Shown here one piece after another: positions 46,025 to 57,000 of a stretch of DNA of 64,000 nt; the first letter of the stretch is position 1; each line of letters begins with the position of its first letter. The translations under genes and the position numbers were made by a program. This stretch comes from Nitrospirota bacterium (GTDB lineage: Bacteria > Nitrospirota > JACRHJ01), in NCBI GenBank assembly GCA_963845245.1, contig CAWJRJ010000002.1, positions 1 through 64,000 on the forward strand, written 5' to 3'. The notes under the pieces are model-generated. The model did no database searches and had not been told where the DNA came from. It saw only the letters and a program-made list of their open reading frames with translations.

Positions 46025-46894
46025 TTATTTAGCTCCAGCCGCCTTCAGTATGCGCACAATCTCGTTGTATCCTTTTTTCTCGGCAAGGCTCAGTGCAGTT
46101 TCTTTAGAATTGTCCTTTATATTTACATCCGCACCTTTTTTAATCAAAGCCTGCACGTAATCCGCCTTGTCTGTTCCTGCCGCCCCCATCAATGCTGTCT
46201 TTCCTTTCCCGTTCTTTGCATTTACATCCGCACCCTTGTCGAGCAAGAGCCGCAGTACCTCCAGATTACGAGTGGGACTGTAAGCCGCAATAATTAACGC
46301 CGTCCCGCCACTATTATTCTTCGCGTTTACATCTGCACCCTTGTCAAGCAGGAGGCGTGCAACATCCGCGTGTTCCGCTAACATCAACGCTGTCAAGCCA
46401 TGGCTATCTTTCGCGTTCACATCAACGCCCTTCTCCAGGAGAAGTTGCACAACATCGGATTTAGCATCAGGACCGGAAACCGCATCCATTAACACCGTTG
46501 AGCCCCTCTCTCCCTTTGTATTTACGTCGAATCCCTTAGTGAGCAGGAGCCGTACAATGTCCGTGTGGCCACCACAAGTAGCATGCATCATTGCCGTGCC
46601 GCCATAAGTGTCTTTCGCGTTCAAATCTGCGCCCTTTTCCAGCAAGATTTTCACAACATCCGTGTGGCCACCAAGAGCGGCACTTATAAGCGCCGTTTCG
46701 CCCGTTTTATCCTTCGCGTTTACATTCACACCCTTGCCAATCAGGGCCTGTACTGTTCCTTTATCGCCTTCCCCGGCTGCATCCATGAGCTTTATACCCA
46801 GCTTGGCATTTTCTGCACGGTGATAATTCAAAGCCATAAATATTATTGTTGCGGTGATGAACCCTACACCAAACCACGTTAATTTAGACTTCAT
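46025..46894 (-). CDS. Ankyrin-repeat protein with N-terminal membrane anchor
   Basis: About 8 repeats of G.TAL..A...G....V..LL.KGADVN.K. Confidence 0.95.
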   Translation of the reverse strand: MKSKLTWFGVGFITATIIFMALNYHRAENAKLGIKLMDAAGEGDKGTVQALIGKGVNVNAKDKTGETALISAALGGHTDVVKILLEKGADLNAKDTYGGTAMMHATCGGHTDIVRLLLTKGFDVNTKGERGSTVLMDAVSGPDAKSDVVQLLLEKGVDVNAKDSHGLTALMLAEHADVARLLLDKGADVNAKNNSGGTALIIAAYSPTRNLEVLRLLLDKGADVNAKNGKGKTALMGAAGTDKADYVQALIKKGADVNIKDNSKETALSLAEKKGYNEIVRILKAAGAK

Positions 46895-47035
46895 TTATAA
46901 TCTCCTGTATTCGAAATATCTTCACTGGAAGTTTTGAAATGATTACATGCAACTCAAAAAATATCAATAATTAAATAATGACATGTAATATTTCATCAAT
47001 TATCTACTGATTTTTAATCAGTTGTTCCGACGGAA

Positions 47036-47069
47036 AAGGGGCTGCGAAAATCTCCGCAACCCCTTGATA
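47036..47069 (-). repeat. att-associated hairpin with embedded IHF consensus
   Basis: AAGGGGCTGCG-aaaatctc-CGCAACCCCTT; minus strand TATCAAGGGGTTG matches WATCAANNNNTTR; similar to hairpins at 59641-59673 and 62347-62379. Confidence 0.55.
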
Positions 47070-47095
47070 CTTGCACTATGTCTAATCTTCAGAAC

Positions 47096-47124
47096 CTATA
47101 CCTCCGCCAACTCTTCGGCTTCTT
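47096..47124 (-). repeat. Duplicate of the smc 3' end (encodes EAEELAEV*)
   Basis: 25/29 identical to 47770-47798; all four differences fall at synonymous third positions. Confidence 0.85.
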
Positions 47125-47404
47125 ATCTTTTCCCCGAATGCATCTGCTCTTCCACCTTCTCCGTCAAATACATCTTCATGAGCGTCTGATAGGGGATATC
47201 CCGTTTATTCGCAAGCACCTTAAGGTGCTCAAGAAGCGATTCTGGCAGGCGGATAGATATTGTGCGGAGACTTGGTTTTAGATTTGGGAAGAGCGTGCGT
47301 TTAGCTTTTTTGTAATCTATATATTCGGTCGAGTCGTGTTTCGCCCAAAATTCGGTTTCCTCAGCCTCGTCCTTAAATACAGGTATCTTTTTAAGATTTT
47401 TCAT
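47123..47404 (-). CDS. brnA: BrnA/CopG-like antitoxin
   Basis: IP.FKDEAEE.EFW..HD, ISIRLP, IPYQTL.K..L (RHH); overlaps brnT. Confidence 0.88.
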   Translation of the reverse strand: MKNLKKIPVFKDEAEETEFWAKHDSTEYIDYKKAKRTLFPNLKPSLRTISIRLPESLLEHLKVLANKRDIPYQTLMKMYLTEKVEEQMHSGKR

Positions 47405-47687
47405 AATAGATATTTCTCTCTTTCTTGCTCATGTCCCGAGCGGATATTACCCGGAACTTGTCCCCCCTCACGGTAAACACCACGAACAGGAGCCTGTCCA
47501 TATCAGTCCTGCCGAGAGCGTAATAACGGTTCTCCGTACCCGAATGAGTCTCGTCGTCACCCACCACGAGCGGCTCGTTGAAGAAAACCTCCTCGCACTC
47601 AAACGGGGTTACTCCGTGCTTCTCCCAGTTCTTTGCAAGGTTGCCTTCGTCCCAGTCAAATCCGGAAACATTCTCTAAAACAGTCAT
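47391..47687 (-). CDS. brnT: BrnT-family ribonuclease toxin
   Basis: FDWDEGN..KN..KHGV...E.EEVF, E.RY..LG, RVISAR. Confidence 0.92.
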   Translation of the reverse strand: MTVLENVSGFDWDEGNLAKNWEKHGVTPFECEEVFFNEPLVVGDDETHSGTENRYYALGRTDMDRLLFVVFTVRGDKFRVISARDMSKKERNIYYEKS

Positions 47688-47691
47688 AGGC

Positions 47692-47729
47692 GTATATATC
47701 TATTATATACAAAAAAGTGAATTGCGCAA
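47692..47729 (-). promoter_or_regulatory. brnTA promoter with overlapping inverted-repeat operator
   Basis: Minus strand TTGCGC...TATAAT; inverted repeat GTATATA-tctat-TATATAC (47692-47710) covers the -10. Confidence 0.6.
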
Positions 47730-47730
47730 T

Positions 47731-47761
47731 AAAAAAAGGGCGGCCTTTCAGCCGCCCTTTT
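47731..47761 (-). terminator. smc terminator
   Basis: AAAAGGGCGGC-ctttca-GCCGCCCTTTT with a long T-run on the minus strand. Confidence 0.85.
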
Positions 47762-47769
47762 AATATCCT

Positions 47770-50700
47770 TTATACTTCCGCCAACTCCTCGGCCTCTTTC
47801 AGCCTGACGGACACCAGCCTTGACACCCCCGGCTCGTCCATCGTGACGCCGTAGAGCGCGTCCGCAAGCTCCATCGTCGGGCGGCTGTGCGTGATGACGA
47901 TGAACTGCGTCTTGTCCGCGAACTCCTTCAGCATGTTGCCGAAGCGCTGGACGTTGGACTCGTCGAGCGGCGCGTCCACCTCGTCCAGCACGCAGAACGG
48001 GCTGGGCTTCACAAGGAAGCAGGCGAACGTGAGCGCGGCCGCAATCATCGCCTTCTCGCCACCGGAGCAGAGCAGGAGGCTCTGGAGCTTCTTGCCGGGC
48101 GGCTGGGCCGCGATCTCAAGGCCGGACTCAAGGATGTCGCCGGACTCAGGCGTGACAAGCTGAAGCTCGGCGCGCCCGCCGTTGAACAGCGTGACGAATA
48201 TCGTCTTGAACGTCTCGTTGACGGCGTTGAAGGCGTCCATGAAAAGCTCTTCGGAGGTCTTGTTTATCTTGCCGATGGCCTCTTTGAGGCGCGCGACGGA
48301 GGCGTCGAGGTCTTCCTTCTGGGTGTTCAGGAATGTGAACCGCTCCATCAGCTCGTTGTACTCCTCGATTGCGCCGATGTTGACGGGGCCAAGGCGTTCC
48401 ACCTTGATGCGTATCTCGGAGGCGTTCATCTCGGTCTCGTCGCGGTCGATCTCCATCGCCTTTATCTCATCGTCTATATCGCTTATCTGGATGTGGTAGT
48501 TGTGGTGTACCGTCTCCTCCAGGTGTTCCATCTTGAGTTTAAGCTCCGCCCGTTTCAGCTCTAACTGGGTCAGGGCTTCGCGTGCAGTCTCGGCCTCCCT
48601 GCGGCCCACCCGCACCGCCTCCTCAAGCCCCACTATGGCGTTGTTCGCCTCCTCGTAGGCCTCCTGCAAGGCAGGCACACGCTCCTTCATCTCGATGGCG
48701 GTCTTCATCAGCTCGTTTATGTTGTCCTCGGCCTCTTTCCTGCCGGAGTTAAGCTCGATGCGCCTCTGGTCTATCTCGGCCTTCTCGGCGTCGAGGCGCG
48801 ACTTCTTGCGGTCAAGTTCTTCCTTCTGCAGGTCGGCGCGCTTGATGTCGCGCGCGGATGACTCGTGCCTCTGGATGAGCGCGGACATGTCCATCTTCTT
48901 TGCGGTCAGGCCCTCGCGTTCGCGTTCGAGGTCTTCCTTTACGGTCTTAAGCTCTTCCTGGCTCTCGAAGACCGCGGACTCCTTGCGGGCCTTGTCGGAG
49001 TATAGAGTCTCGATCTCCACCTTCACAAGTTCGAGGCCTTCGCGGATCTCCTGGTCCTCCTGGTCGCGCTGGGCGGCCTCGATGTCGAGTACCTCCATCT
49101 TCTTGCCGACCCGCTCAAGCTCGGCCTGCAGGGCGAAGGAGTCCTTCTCCGCGCCGACCACCGTGATCTTCTTCTCGTTTATCAGCTCGTTAAGTTCCCG
49201 AAGCGAAGCCTCGGTGGTCTCAACCGTTGACTTGGTCTCGGCCAGCCTGTCCTCGGCCGCCTGGTTCTTCTTCTCAAGGTTTTCCACCTCGGAGGTAAGC
49301 TCGCGTATCTCGCGCTTCTTTGAAAGCAAACCGCCGGACGATGCGCCGCCGCCGGATACCGAACCGCCCGGCTCGATTACCTCGCCGTCGAGCGTTACGA
49401 GCGTATCGCCGAAACCGGAGTCCCATATGGCAAGCGCGGCATCGATGTTCTCCACGACCAGCACCCGGCCAAGCAGCGCCTTTACCGCATCGGAGTATCC
49501 GTCCTTTATGGTTACCAGTTCATTGGCGCGGCCCACCACTCCCGCGCTGGACGGGGTTGCGGACACCGCTTCCGTGCCCCTGGGGGATATCGGCAGGAAA
49601 GTCCCGCGCCCGAAGTTCTTTGTCTTTAAATATTCAAGGGCCTGCTTCGCAGTGGAATGACCGTCAACGACCAAGTGCTGGAGCCTGTCGCCAAGTACGG
49701 CCTCGACCGCCTTCTCGTGCTCCGGCCTCGTCTGTATCAGGTCCGCGACCAGCCCGTGTATGCCGGTAATAGTGCCCTGCTTCTTCTCGGATATGAGGGC
49801 CTTGACTCCCTCGCCGTAGCCTTCGAGGTTTTCCTCAAGCTCCTTGAGCGACTGCAACCGCGAGTTCTTGAGCGAATACTCCTCGCGCCCCTGCGAAAGC
49901 TCCTGCTCGAAGCGTTTCAGCAGGCTTCTGGTCTCCTCCAGCGATTCGACTGCGGACTGCCTCTGGGCCTCAAGCTCGGCCTGCGATGCACGCAGCGAAT
50001 CAAGCTCCATCCTCTTCTTTTCGACGTCAAGCCCGATCTCGGAGAGCTTCTCGCGGGTCTCCTGCTCCTCCTCGGCGGCGCGTCTTGCACGCACCTCAAG
50101 CGCGGCCCTTCGCTCCTCAAGCCTCGACAGCTTGTTGTTGTTGTGCGATATTCCGGCCTGTATGTCGAAAAGCCTCGTGCGCTCATGCTCTATGGACGCC
50201 TCAAGGGCCTGCGATTTGTCGGCCTTCGCCTGGAATGCGGCCTCAAGGGCCCGGAGTTCTTCACGCAGCGTCTCAAGCTCGCGCCGAAGGTTTGCCTGCT
50301 CTTCCTGTAAGTGATGACGCCTGAGCGGTGAGGTCCGACTCTTCCTTGCCCAGAAGCGCGCGCTCAGCACCGATGCGTTCCTCGCGCTCGTCGAGCCCCT
50401 TAAGCTGGCTCACGGCAACCTCGGCACGCGCCTCAAGGCGGCTCACCTCCGACTCGACCCTGTGGACCTCACGCTGGTGGTCCATCAGCTCGTGTTCCTT
50501 CTCGGCAAGACGTATGCGCGTCTCGGAGAGGTCGGCCTCTCTGGCGGAAACCGCGTTCCTGGCCGCCGACTCACCTTCGGACTGCTTCCCGAACTCCGTT
50601 TCGGATTCGGCGGACTTCTGCGCCAGCACGTTGAAGTCGTCCCAGGCCATCTTCAGCTCAAGCCCGCGAAGCTCGGCGGTAAGGTTCTTGTAGCGTTCCG

Positions 50701-51340
50701 CCTTCTTTGCCTGCCTGTCGAGCGAGCCTATCTGCCTCTTCACCTCGTGTATGATGTCCGTCACGCGGCTCAGGTTCTCGTCCGTCTCCTTGAGCTTTGA
50801 GAGGGCCTCGACCTTCCTGGTCTTGAACTTGGTGATGCCCGCGACTTCCTCTATTATGTATCTGCGCTCTTCAGGCTTGCTTACGATGAGCTGGCCGATC
50901 TTGCCCTGCTCGATGATCGCGTATGCCTTAGAGCTGACGCCGGTATCTATAAGCAGGTCGCGGATGTCCTTCAGGCGGCATGGTATCTTGTTTATGAGGT
51001 ACTCGCTGTCGCCGTTACGGTATAGCCTGCGGCTGATGGTTATCTCTTTGAACTCGGTGAACCCGAGGCCGGTTCCGTCCACGTCCTTGAGCGTCAGGTT
51101 GACCTCGGCCATGCCGATGGGCTTTCGGATCTCGCTGCCGTTGAATATGACGTCCTCCATCTTGTCGCCGCGCAGGTTCTTCGCGCTCTTCTCGCCAAGG
51201 ACCCAGCGTATTGCGTCCGAGATGTTGCTCTTGCCGCACCCGTTCGGGCCGACAACGGCGGTCATCCCGCCCTCGAACGTGATCGTTGTCTTGTCCACGA
51301 ACGATTTAAAGCCGACCATCTCAAGCTTGTGGAAGCGCAT
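47770..51340 (-). CDS. smc: Chromosome segregation protein SMC (frameshift near 50307)
   Basis: GFKSF, GPNGCGKSN, coiled coils, hinge GRGTFLP, SGGEKA, LDEVDAPLD. Confidence 0.97.
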
Positions 51341-51437
51341 AGTCTTCACTCCTTATCTGTACATACCCCAATGTAGGCATGCCTTCGGCAATCAGTGTAA
51401 TTTTTAACATACCGTGAGGGATTTGTAAAGGAAAAAT

Positions 51438-51484
51438 GTACTATATATACTTATAGCTTTAGATATAGCTACAAGATATAGTGT
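51438..51484. promoter_or_regulatory. Tandem NrdR-box-like sites upstream of smc
   Basis: GTACTATATATACTTA (51438-51453) and CTACAAGATATAGTGT (51469-51484), 31 bp apart; consensus acaCwAtATaTwGtgt. Confidence 0.6.
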
Positions 51485-51520
51485 TCTCTAAAAATTGCCC
51501 AGGCTTGAAAAAACCGAGAA

Positions 51521-51895
51521 TTATTTGATTGTTACGTTCCCGGTGGCTGGGTCGTAACTGAAAAGGCCGAGGTCTATGCCGGGCCTTAACAAGCTTTTTA
51601 TGTCGTCCAAAGAGGGTGGAAATTTCTGATTATCAGCCTGGTAGCTCTGAATTGCAACCTTAATGGCGCCAAGGTCGGTCCTGGCCTGTGCCTGTTTTGA
51701 CTTGTCAATCGCGGTCACCAGCCCCTTCTGATAACCCTCTACTACCTCTTTCGCGGACTCGGGCTGTTGCGGGGCGGGGGCTTCTGCCACTGGGGCTTTC
51801 GGGGTCGGCGGGGCATCGTCTTTCTTTTCAGACGGAGAGCAGCCAATCATAAACACCAGTAAAACCATCAATATAAGGCAGAATACCCTTTTCAT
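51521..51895 (-). CDS. Lipoprotein with Pro/Ala linker and pseudopilin-like C-terminal helix
   Basis: Lipobox MIG|C; 'AQARTDLGAIKVAIQSYQADNQKFPPSLDD'. Confidence 0.65.
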   Translation of the reverse strand: MKRVFCLILMVLLVFMIGCSPSEKKDDAPPTPKAPVAEAPAPQQPESAKEVVEGYQKGLVTAIDKSKQAQARTDLGAIKVAIQSYQADNQKFPPSLDDIKSLLRPGIDLGLFSYDPATGNVTIK

Positions 51896-52359
51896 TGCTC
51901 CGTCTCCTTATTATCAGCCTTCTTTTTCTTCGGCTTTTTCTGCACGTCGAATGGATAGGTATAACTCCCAAGCATGGTCCCGAACACGGCCTCGCCCTTG
52001 ATCCGATAATTTACTCCATGCTTGAACAGATTATCGATAGCCTCCGGGCCAACCTCCAACGGAAGCTCGGCCAACGCCTCGCCGTTAGCCGGTATCTCCA
52101 CCTGCGCCGGTATCCTGCCCTTCCCCACCTCGCGGTCGTTTACCATGACTGAGTAGTTCAGGTCTTTTACGGTCACGCCGAACCAGTTGGGGTTTTTAAT
52201 GTTCATGTATACGTCAGCACTAAAACCGTTGTTCGAAAAGTTCTTTATCTTTACCTGTTTCAGTTCCAGGCTCATCTTGCTCAAGGAGTTCTTCATGCAG
52301 CCGGACATGAATACGGCCATCAACAAGAGCATTACTGCCAACAGATTTCTTAATTTCAT
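51892..52359 (-). CDS. LEA_2/WHy-domain lipoprotein
   Basis: Lipobox MSG|C; NPN motif, 'LNYSVMVND..VG.G', IPANG. Confidence 0.85.
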   Translation of the reverse strand: MKLRNLLAVMLLLMAVFMSGCMKNSLSKMSLELKQVKIKNFSNNGFSADVYMNIKNPNWFGVTVKDLNYSVMVNDREVGKGRIPAQVEIPANGEALAELPLEVGPEAIDNLFKHGVNYRIKGEAVFGTMLGSYTYPFDVQKKPKKKKADNKETEQ

Positions 52360-52446
52360 TTCACAACTCCAGGTTCAAAAACTTAAATCTCTACGGCAAT
52401 GTTATACCAATCTGACTTTATTTTCAAGAGACGGCGAATATTCATG

Positions 52447-53859
52447 TCATTTATACTCAAGCACTTCCACCTTAAGATTACCCACCAGCCTTATAACATC
52501 GACATACCTGTCAAACCCTCCTTGAACCAGCCTGATGTGAGTTGCGTCGGCCGGGAATTGGCCGAATGTCGGGTCCACGCTTACCCAGCTTCCCACATAC
52601 ACTTCAGGCCATGCGTGATAATAGAACCGGCCATCCATCATGACTATGCCCCCGTTCATCCGTGTGGGTATGCCTGCCGCGCGAGCAAGGGCGGTAAAGA
52701 GAGCCGTGTGCTCTGTGCAGTCGCCGGAAAGAGTACGCAATACCTCGGCGGCATTCGGGATACCGGCAGAGACCTTCTTTTCCATCGACCTGAACACCCA
52801 GCCACATATTTTCTGCGCTGCCTTTAGAGCATCGTCCTCACCCGACATTATCTCTTTTGCCTTTGCGACGATATGGGGGTCGTCGGACTGTATGAAAGGC
52901 TCGGGGGCCAGGAATTTGTCCAAGGAGGGACCTGTGACCGGAAGCTTCACCGTTTTTATGGCGTTCACGTCTTCTTCGGTCACCATCATGATGCCGTCCT
53001 TAAAGGCCTGCCTGCCTCCTGAGACGTCGAGCGAGGAAATGTCCGCCCCACTGAAACGCGCCTTAAAATATTTCGCCTGCCTGGGCTCGCCAACCTTTAT
53101 ACCTCCAGCCTTTATGGATGTCAGCGTAATCAAATCCACCGGCTTGTAGCCTCCCGCCGGGATGCTCATCGCCTGCTCTTTAGATTCACGCAGGAGGGTC
53201 ATCCCCATAGGGCCCTCGCCTTTTATCGCGCCGGTTTCAGGACTTATCCACGACGTCGTGGTTATACCGGCAAATTCATCACGTACCTTGTATGCAGGCA
53301 CAAGCAAATCTCCGAGTTTCATATCCTCCCTCGCCTCGACGGTGATGTCCATCTGTTTGATAGACAGTGTAGCCGGGTCAAATAGCGGCAGACTGAACTT
53401 CTTTCCTGCCTCCAGGCCCTGCATATACAGGTACGGCTCTATGTCGCCGGAGAGGTGCGGCTTCTCTTTGAACCTGACCTCCTGTTTTTGTATGTTTCCC
53501 ATTGTCTCTATTGCCAATTTAATGGAATCTCCCACCACTGTGCCTGTTATATCAGTATCCACGGCTCCGGCCGTCATTTTAAACCTGAATCCTTTCAGCT
53601 CCAACCTTCTATCGTGGTCCGAGACTGTTACCGTCCGAATGTCTTGACTGGTGCCCATCACCGTGATTGTCGCGTCACTTTCTTCTGTTATGGTATACCC
53701 GGATTCGGTCTTCTCTACCCTGTCCATCGAATATCCTATTTTCTTTCCATTAAGGCTGATGCCCATCCATTCTTCACCTACCCTGACTTCACCGAAAGAC
53801 GGAAATGCAAGGAACAGGATCAGACAAAAGGCTAAGACTGAAACAAGGCGATTTTTCAT
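52447..53859 (-). CDS. Secreted transglutaminase-like protein
   Basis: Signal peptide; GDCTEH..LF.ALARAAGIP, YHAWPEV, WVSVDPT catalytic triad. Confidence 0.9.
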   Translation of the reverse strand: MKNRLVSVLAFCLILFLAFPSFGEVRVGEEWMGISLNGKKIGYSMDRVEKTESGYTITEESDATITVMGTSQDIRTVTVSDHDRRLELKGFRFKMTAGAVDTDITGTVVGDSIKLAIETMGNIQKQEVRFKEKPHLSGDIEPYLYMQGLEAGKKFSLPLFDPATLSIKQMDITVEAREDMKLGDLLVPAYKVRDEFAGITTTSWISPETGAIKGEGPMGMTLLRESKEQAMSIPAGGYKPVDLITLTSIKAGGIKVGEPRQAKYFKARFSGADISSLDVSGGRQAFKDGIMMVTEEDVNAIKTVKLPVTGPSLDKFLAPEPFIQSDDPHIVAKAKEIMSGEDDALKAAQKICGWVFRSMEKKVSAGIPNAAEVLRTLSGDCTEHTALFTALARAAGIPTRMNGGIVMMDGRFYYHAWPEVYVGSWVSVDPTFGQFPADATHIRLVQGGFDRYVDVIRLVGNLKVEVLEYK

Positions 53860-54076
53860 GTTTATCTCTTTTAGGAATGGTTTCGCAGTAATATCCGCCA
53901 GAGTCGGGATGATAATTTATATCATAGTTGTACGGACGTGTAAACAGACCAAGCATTTGATACGCTTTGTGCTTTTATTTTCAACAAGTTATGGCTGTAA
54001 AGGTTTCTGATTTTACTTGACATAAGATATGCTTCATGATATTTTAAATGACGTATTTTTATGCCTAGAGGACCGC

Positions 54077-57000
54077 GTGATAGACAAGAACAAAATACTA
54101 AAAGAAATCCAGAAATTCGTGGCCAAATCGCAGTGGGATAAGGCTATCGCCGAATACGAGAAGCTCGTAAAGGACTCGCCCGGCGACACGAACAGCCACA
54201 ATGCCATTGGAGACCTGTACCTAAAGAAAAACGACCACGACAACGCAATCCAGTCTTACACAAAAGCAGCCGACATATTCGCCAAGTCCGGATTCACGCT
54301 TAAGGCCATAGCCCTCTATAAAAAAATCCAGAACATCAAACCTGACCAGGTGGACGTATTGATCACCTTGGGCAAGCTTAACGCTGAACGCGGATTAATA
54401 GGCAATGCCAACGAGAGCTACCTTGCAGCCGCATCCTATTACAGCCGCCAGGGCCAAAAGAGCAAGGCCATCGATATATACAAGACCCTTTGCGACTTAA
54501 ACCCTGACAACCTGTCTCTAGCCCAAAAGCTTGCAGACCTCTATCTTTCTGAGGGTTATGACAAAGAGGCCGTCAGCAAGTATATTGAGCTTGCCGAAAG
54601 AAACATCAGCAAGGGCGAGCTGGCCGATGCGCGCAGCCTGCTCGAAGCGGCTGAGGCAAAGGGATCTGAAAGGTTCGATTTTATACGGGTGTCGGCCATG
54701 TTGGACCTTAAGTCCAACAGGATCCCGGAGGCCGCCGCCAAGCTTGAGCATGCGATTGAGATAGACCCTACAGACAACCGTATAGGGTTCCTTCTTAGCG
54801 AGGCGTATCAGCGTTCTGGAAGATACGAGGAATGCGGATCAGTGTTGTCCACTCTCGTGGAAAAAGACCCGAACAACCTGCAGCTTAGAAAACAGCTTGC
54901 CGAAGTGAGCGTAAAGACCGGAGACTACGACTCCGCCTGGGAACAATACCATTTCATAATAGAGCGCAATATATCCAACAACCAGCCTGCGGACGCCGAA
55001 AAACTTGCAAAAGAATACCTCGCACTCAAACCGGAAGATATAACAGCATGGCACATCCTCATAGGCATTTATTCAAAGACAGGCCAGGAAAAAGAAACTG
55101 ACGAGGTGCACGAGGAAATCGCCGACCTCTACCTGAAGGCGGGCGAAGATTCAAAGGCCGAAAACATTTATCGTAAACTGCTGGAAAAGGACCCCTCCAG
55201 CGAGCGGATAAATGCAAAGCTTGCATCGATATTGCAAGGTCCCAAGAGCGCGGAGGAGCCTCCACCCCAGACAGAAACGGTTGAGCCTTTCGGGGAAGAG
55301 ATATTGGTGGAAGAGAATGTCTTCCATATGGAGGAGGAATTACCTGAGCCGCAAGGCTTCAACATATCGCTTGAAGATATCCCATCCGGAGAAGAAATCG
55401 ACACCGATGGAGGCACAAGCCTGTACGAACTGCCGGAACTGACCGATGACCTGAATGAATTTGCAGACGTACAAAATTTTGATGTCGGTGGCCCTGCCGA
55501 AGAGGAGGAGACTGAGACAGCCGGAAATATTATTGAGATCCCTGACGAGGATCTGGGAGAAATCGCTGACCTGGATATATTTGCTTCGGAAGGCGAAGCT
55601 GAAACAACTGAATTTCAGGAATCCCCGGATGTCCTTGTCACGCCTCCACTTGATGAGGTTTTCGATCTGGGCGCCTCAACGGATGAAGAGCCATTCACTG
55701 TCTTGGAATCTGCTGCTCCAAGTATGGACGAACAACTTGCCGAAGTCGAGGTATACATAAAATACGGCCTGACCAACAAGGCCGAAGACACGCTAGCAAG
55801 GCTTGACACGGAATATCCGGGGAATGTCAGCATCAAGGAAAAATATATAGAGCTATACAAGTCTCTGGGCGATATAGACGGCTTTGTTGGCGCGTCCATG
55901 GACCTTTCTGACTTGTATCAGACACAAGGCGACACGGAGAAGGCCAGGAAGGTCCTTGAGAAAGCGAACGAAAAAGACCCCGAAAACGAAAACCTCAAAG
56001 TCCGCCTTATCCAAATGTCCGGTCCATCCGTTCCTACTATGGATATTTCCATCCCTTCCATGGATATTGAGGAAATCGTACCGTCTGCACCCTCTGAAGG
56101 CTTTGATTTTGATGCAAGCATAAGTGACATGTTACTTCCGGAGTCTGATACCAGTGCAGAATATGCAGAAGACATATCGGAAGCAGATTTTTATGTCCAG
56201 CAGGGACTTCGTGACGAGGCCAAGAGGATATACCTTGATGTCCTTAATTCCAACCCGGACGATTCTGATGTGAGGGCAAAACTTGAGGCGCTCCAGGAGC
56301 CTGAGAGTAAAAGCGCTGTCCAGGATACCGATTTTTCCGACCTCTATGAGCCAGAGGAGGCCCCACTGTCTGCCCCAACGCCTACCGCACCCGGGACGGA
56401 CCTCGGCGGAGGCGTTGAGACTTCCTACAATACCCTTCATGACGAGTTCGATGCCGCGTTCAGCGACACAGGCATCTCGAAAAAATCAGCGAAAAGCGAG
56501 TCTGATTTCTTCGACCTCGCGGCAGAGCTCCAGGACGAGCTTGACGAAGAAATAACCAAAGCCCACTCACCTTCCGAGGTCTTTTCAGACAAACAGCTCG
56601 AGTCGGTGTTCCAGGAATTTAAAAGGGGTGTTGAAGAGCAGCTGAACAAAGAAGATTATGAAACCCATTACAACCTGGGTATTGCGTACAAAGAAATGGG
56701 TATGCTCGACGAGGCGTTAAACGAGTTCGGCCTGGCCGCGAAGGACCCGGCGCGCACGCTTGACTGCGCAAGTATGCTTGGGCTTTGCTTTATAGAAAAA
56801 GGCGATTACGACAAGGCTGTCGAATATTTCAAGGCAGGCCTTGAAGTCGGAGGCCACCAGCCCGAAGAATATGCCGGCCTGAAATACGACCTTGCCACCG
56901 CCTACGAGTTGAATGGCGACCTGGTCTCAGCGCAGTCCGTAGTAGACGCCCTGGTAAAAGAAGGGGGCGATTTCAGGGACGCGAAAGACCGTCTAAAGAG

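Noticed and set aside
46025..46894. ~99-bp periodic DNA repeats
   Set aside because: Explained by ankyrin repeat coding.
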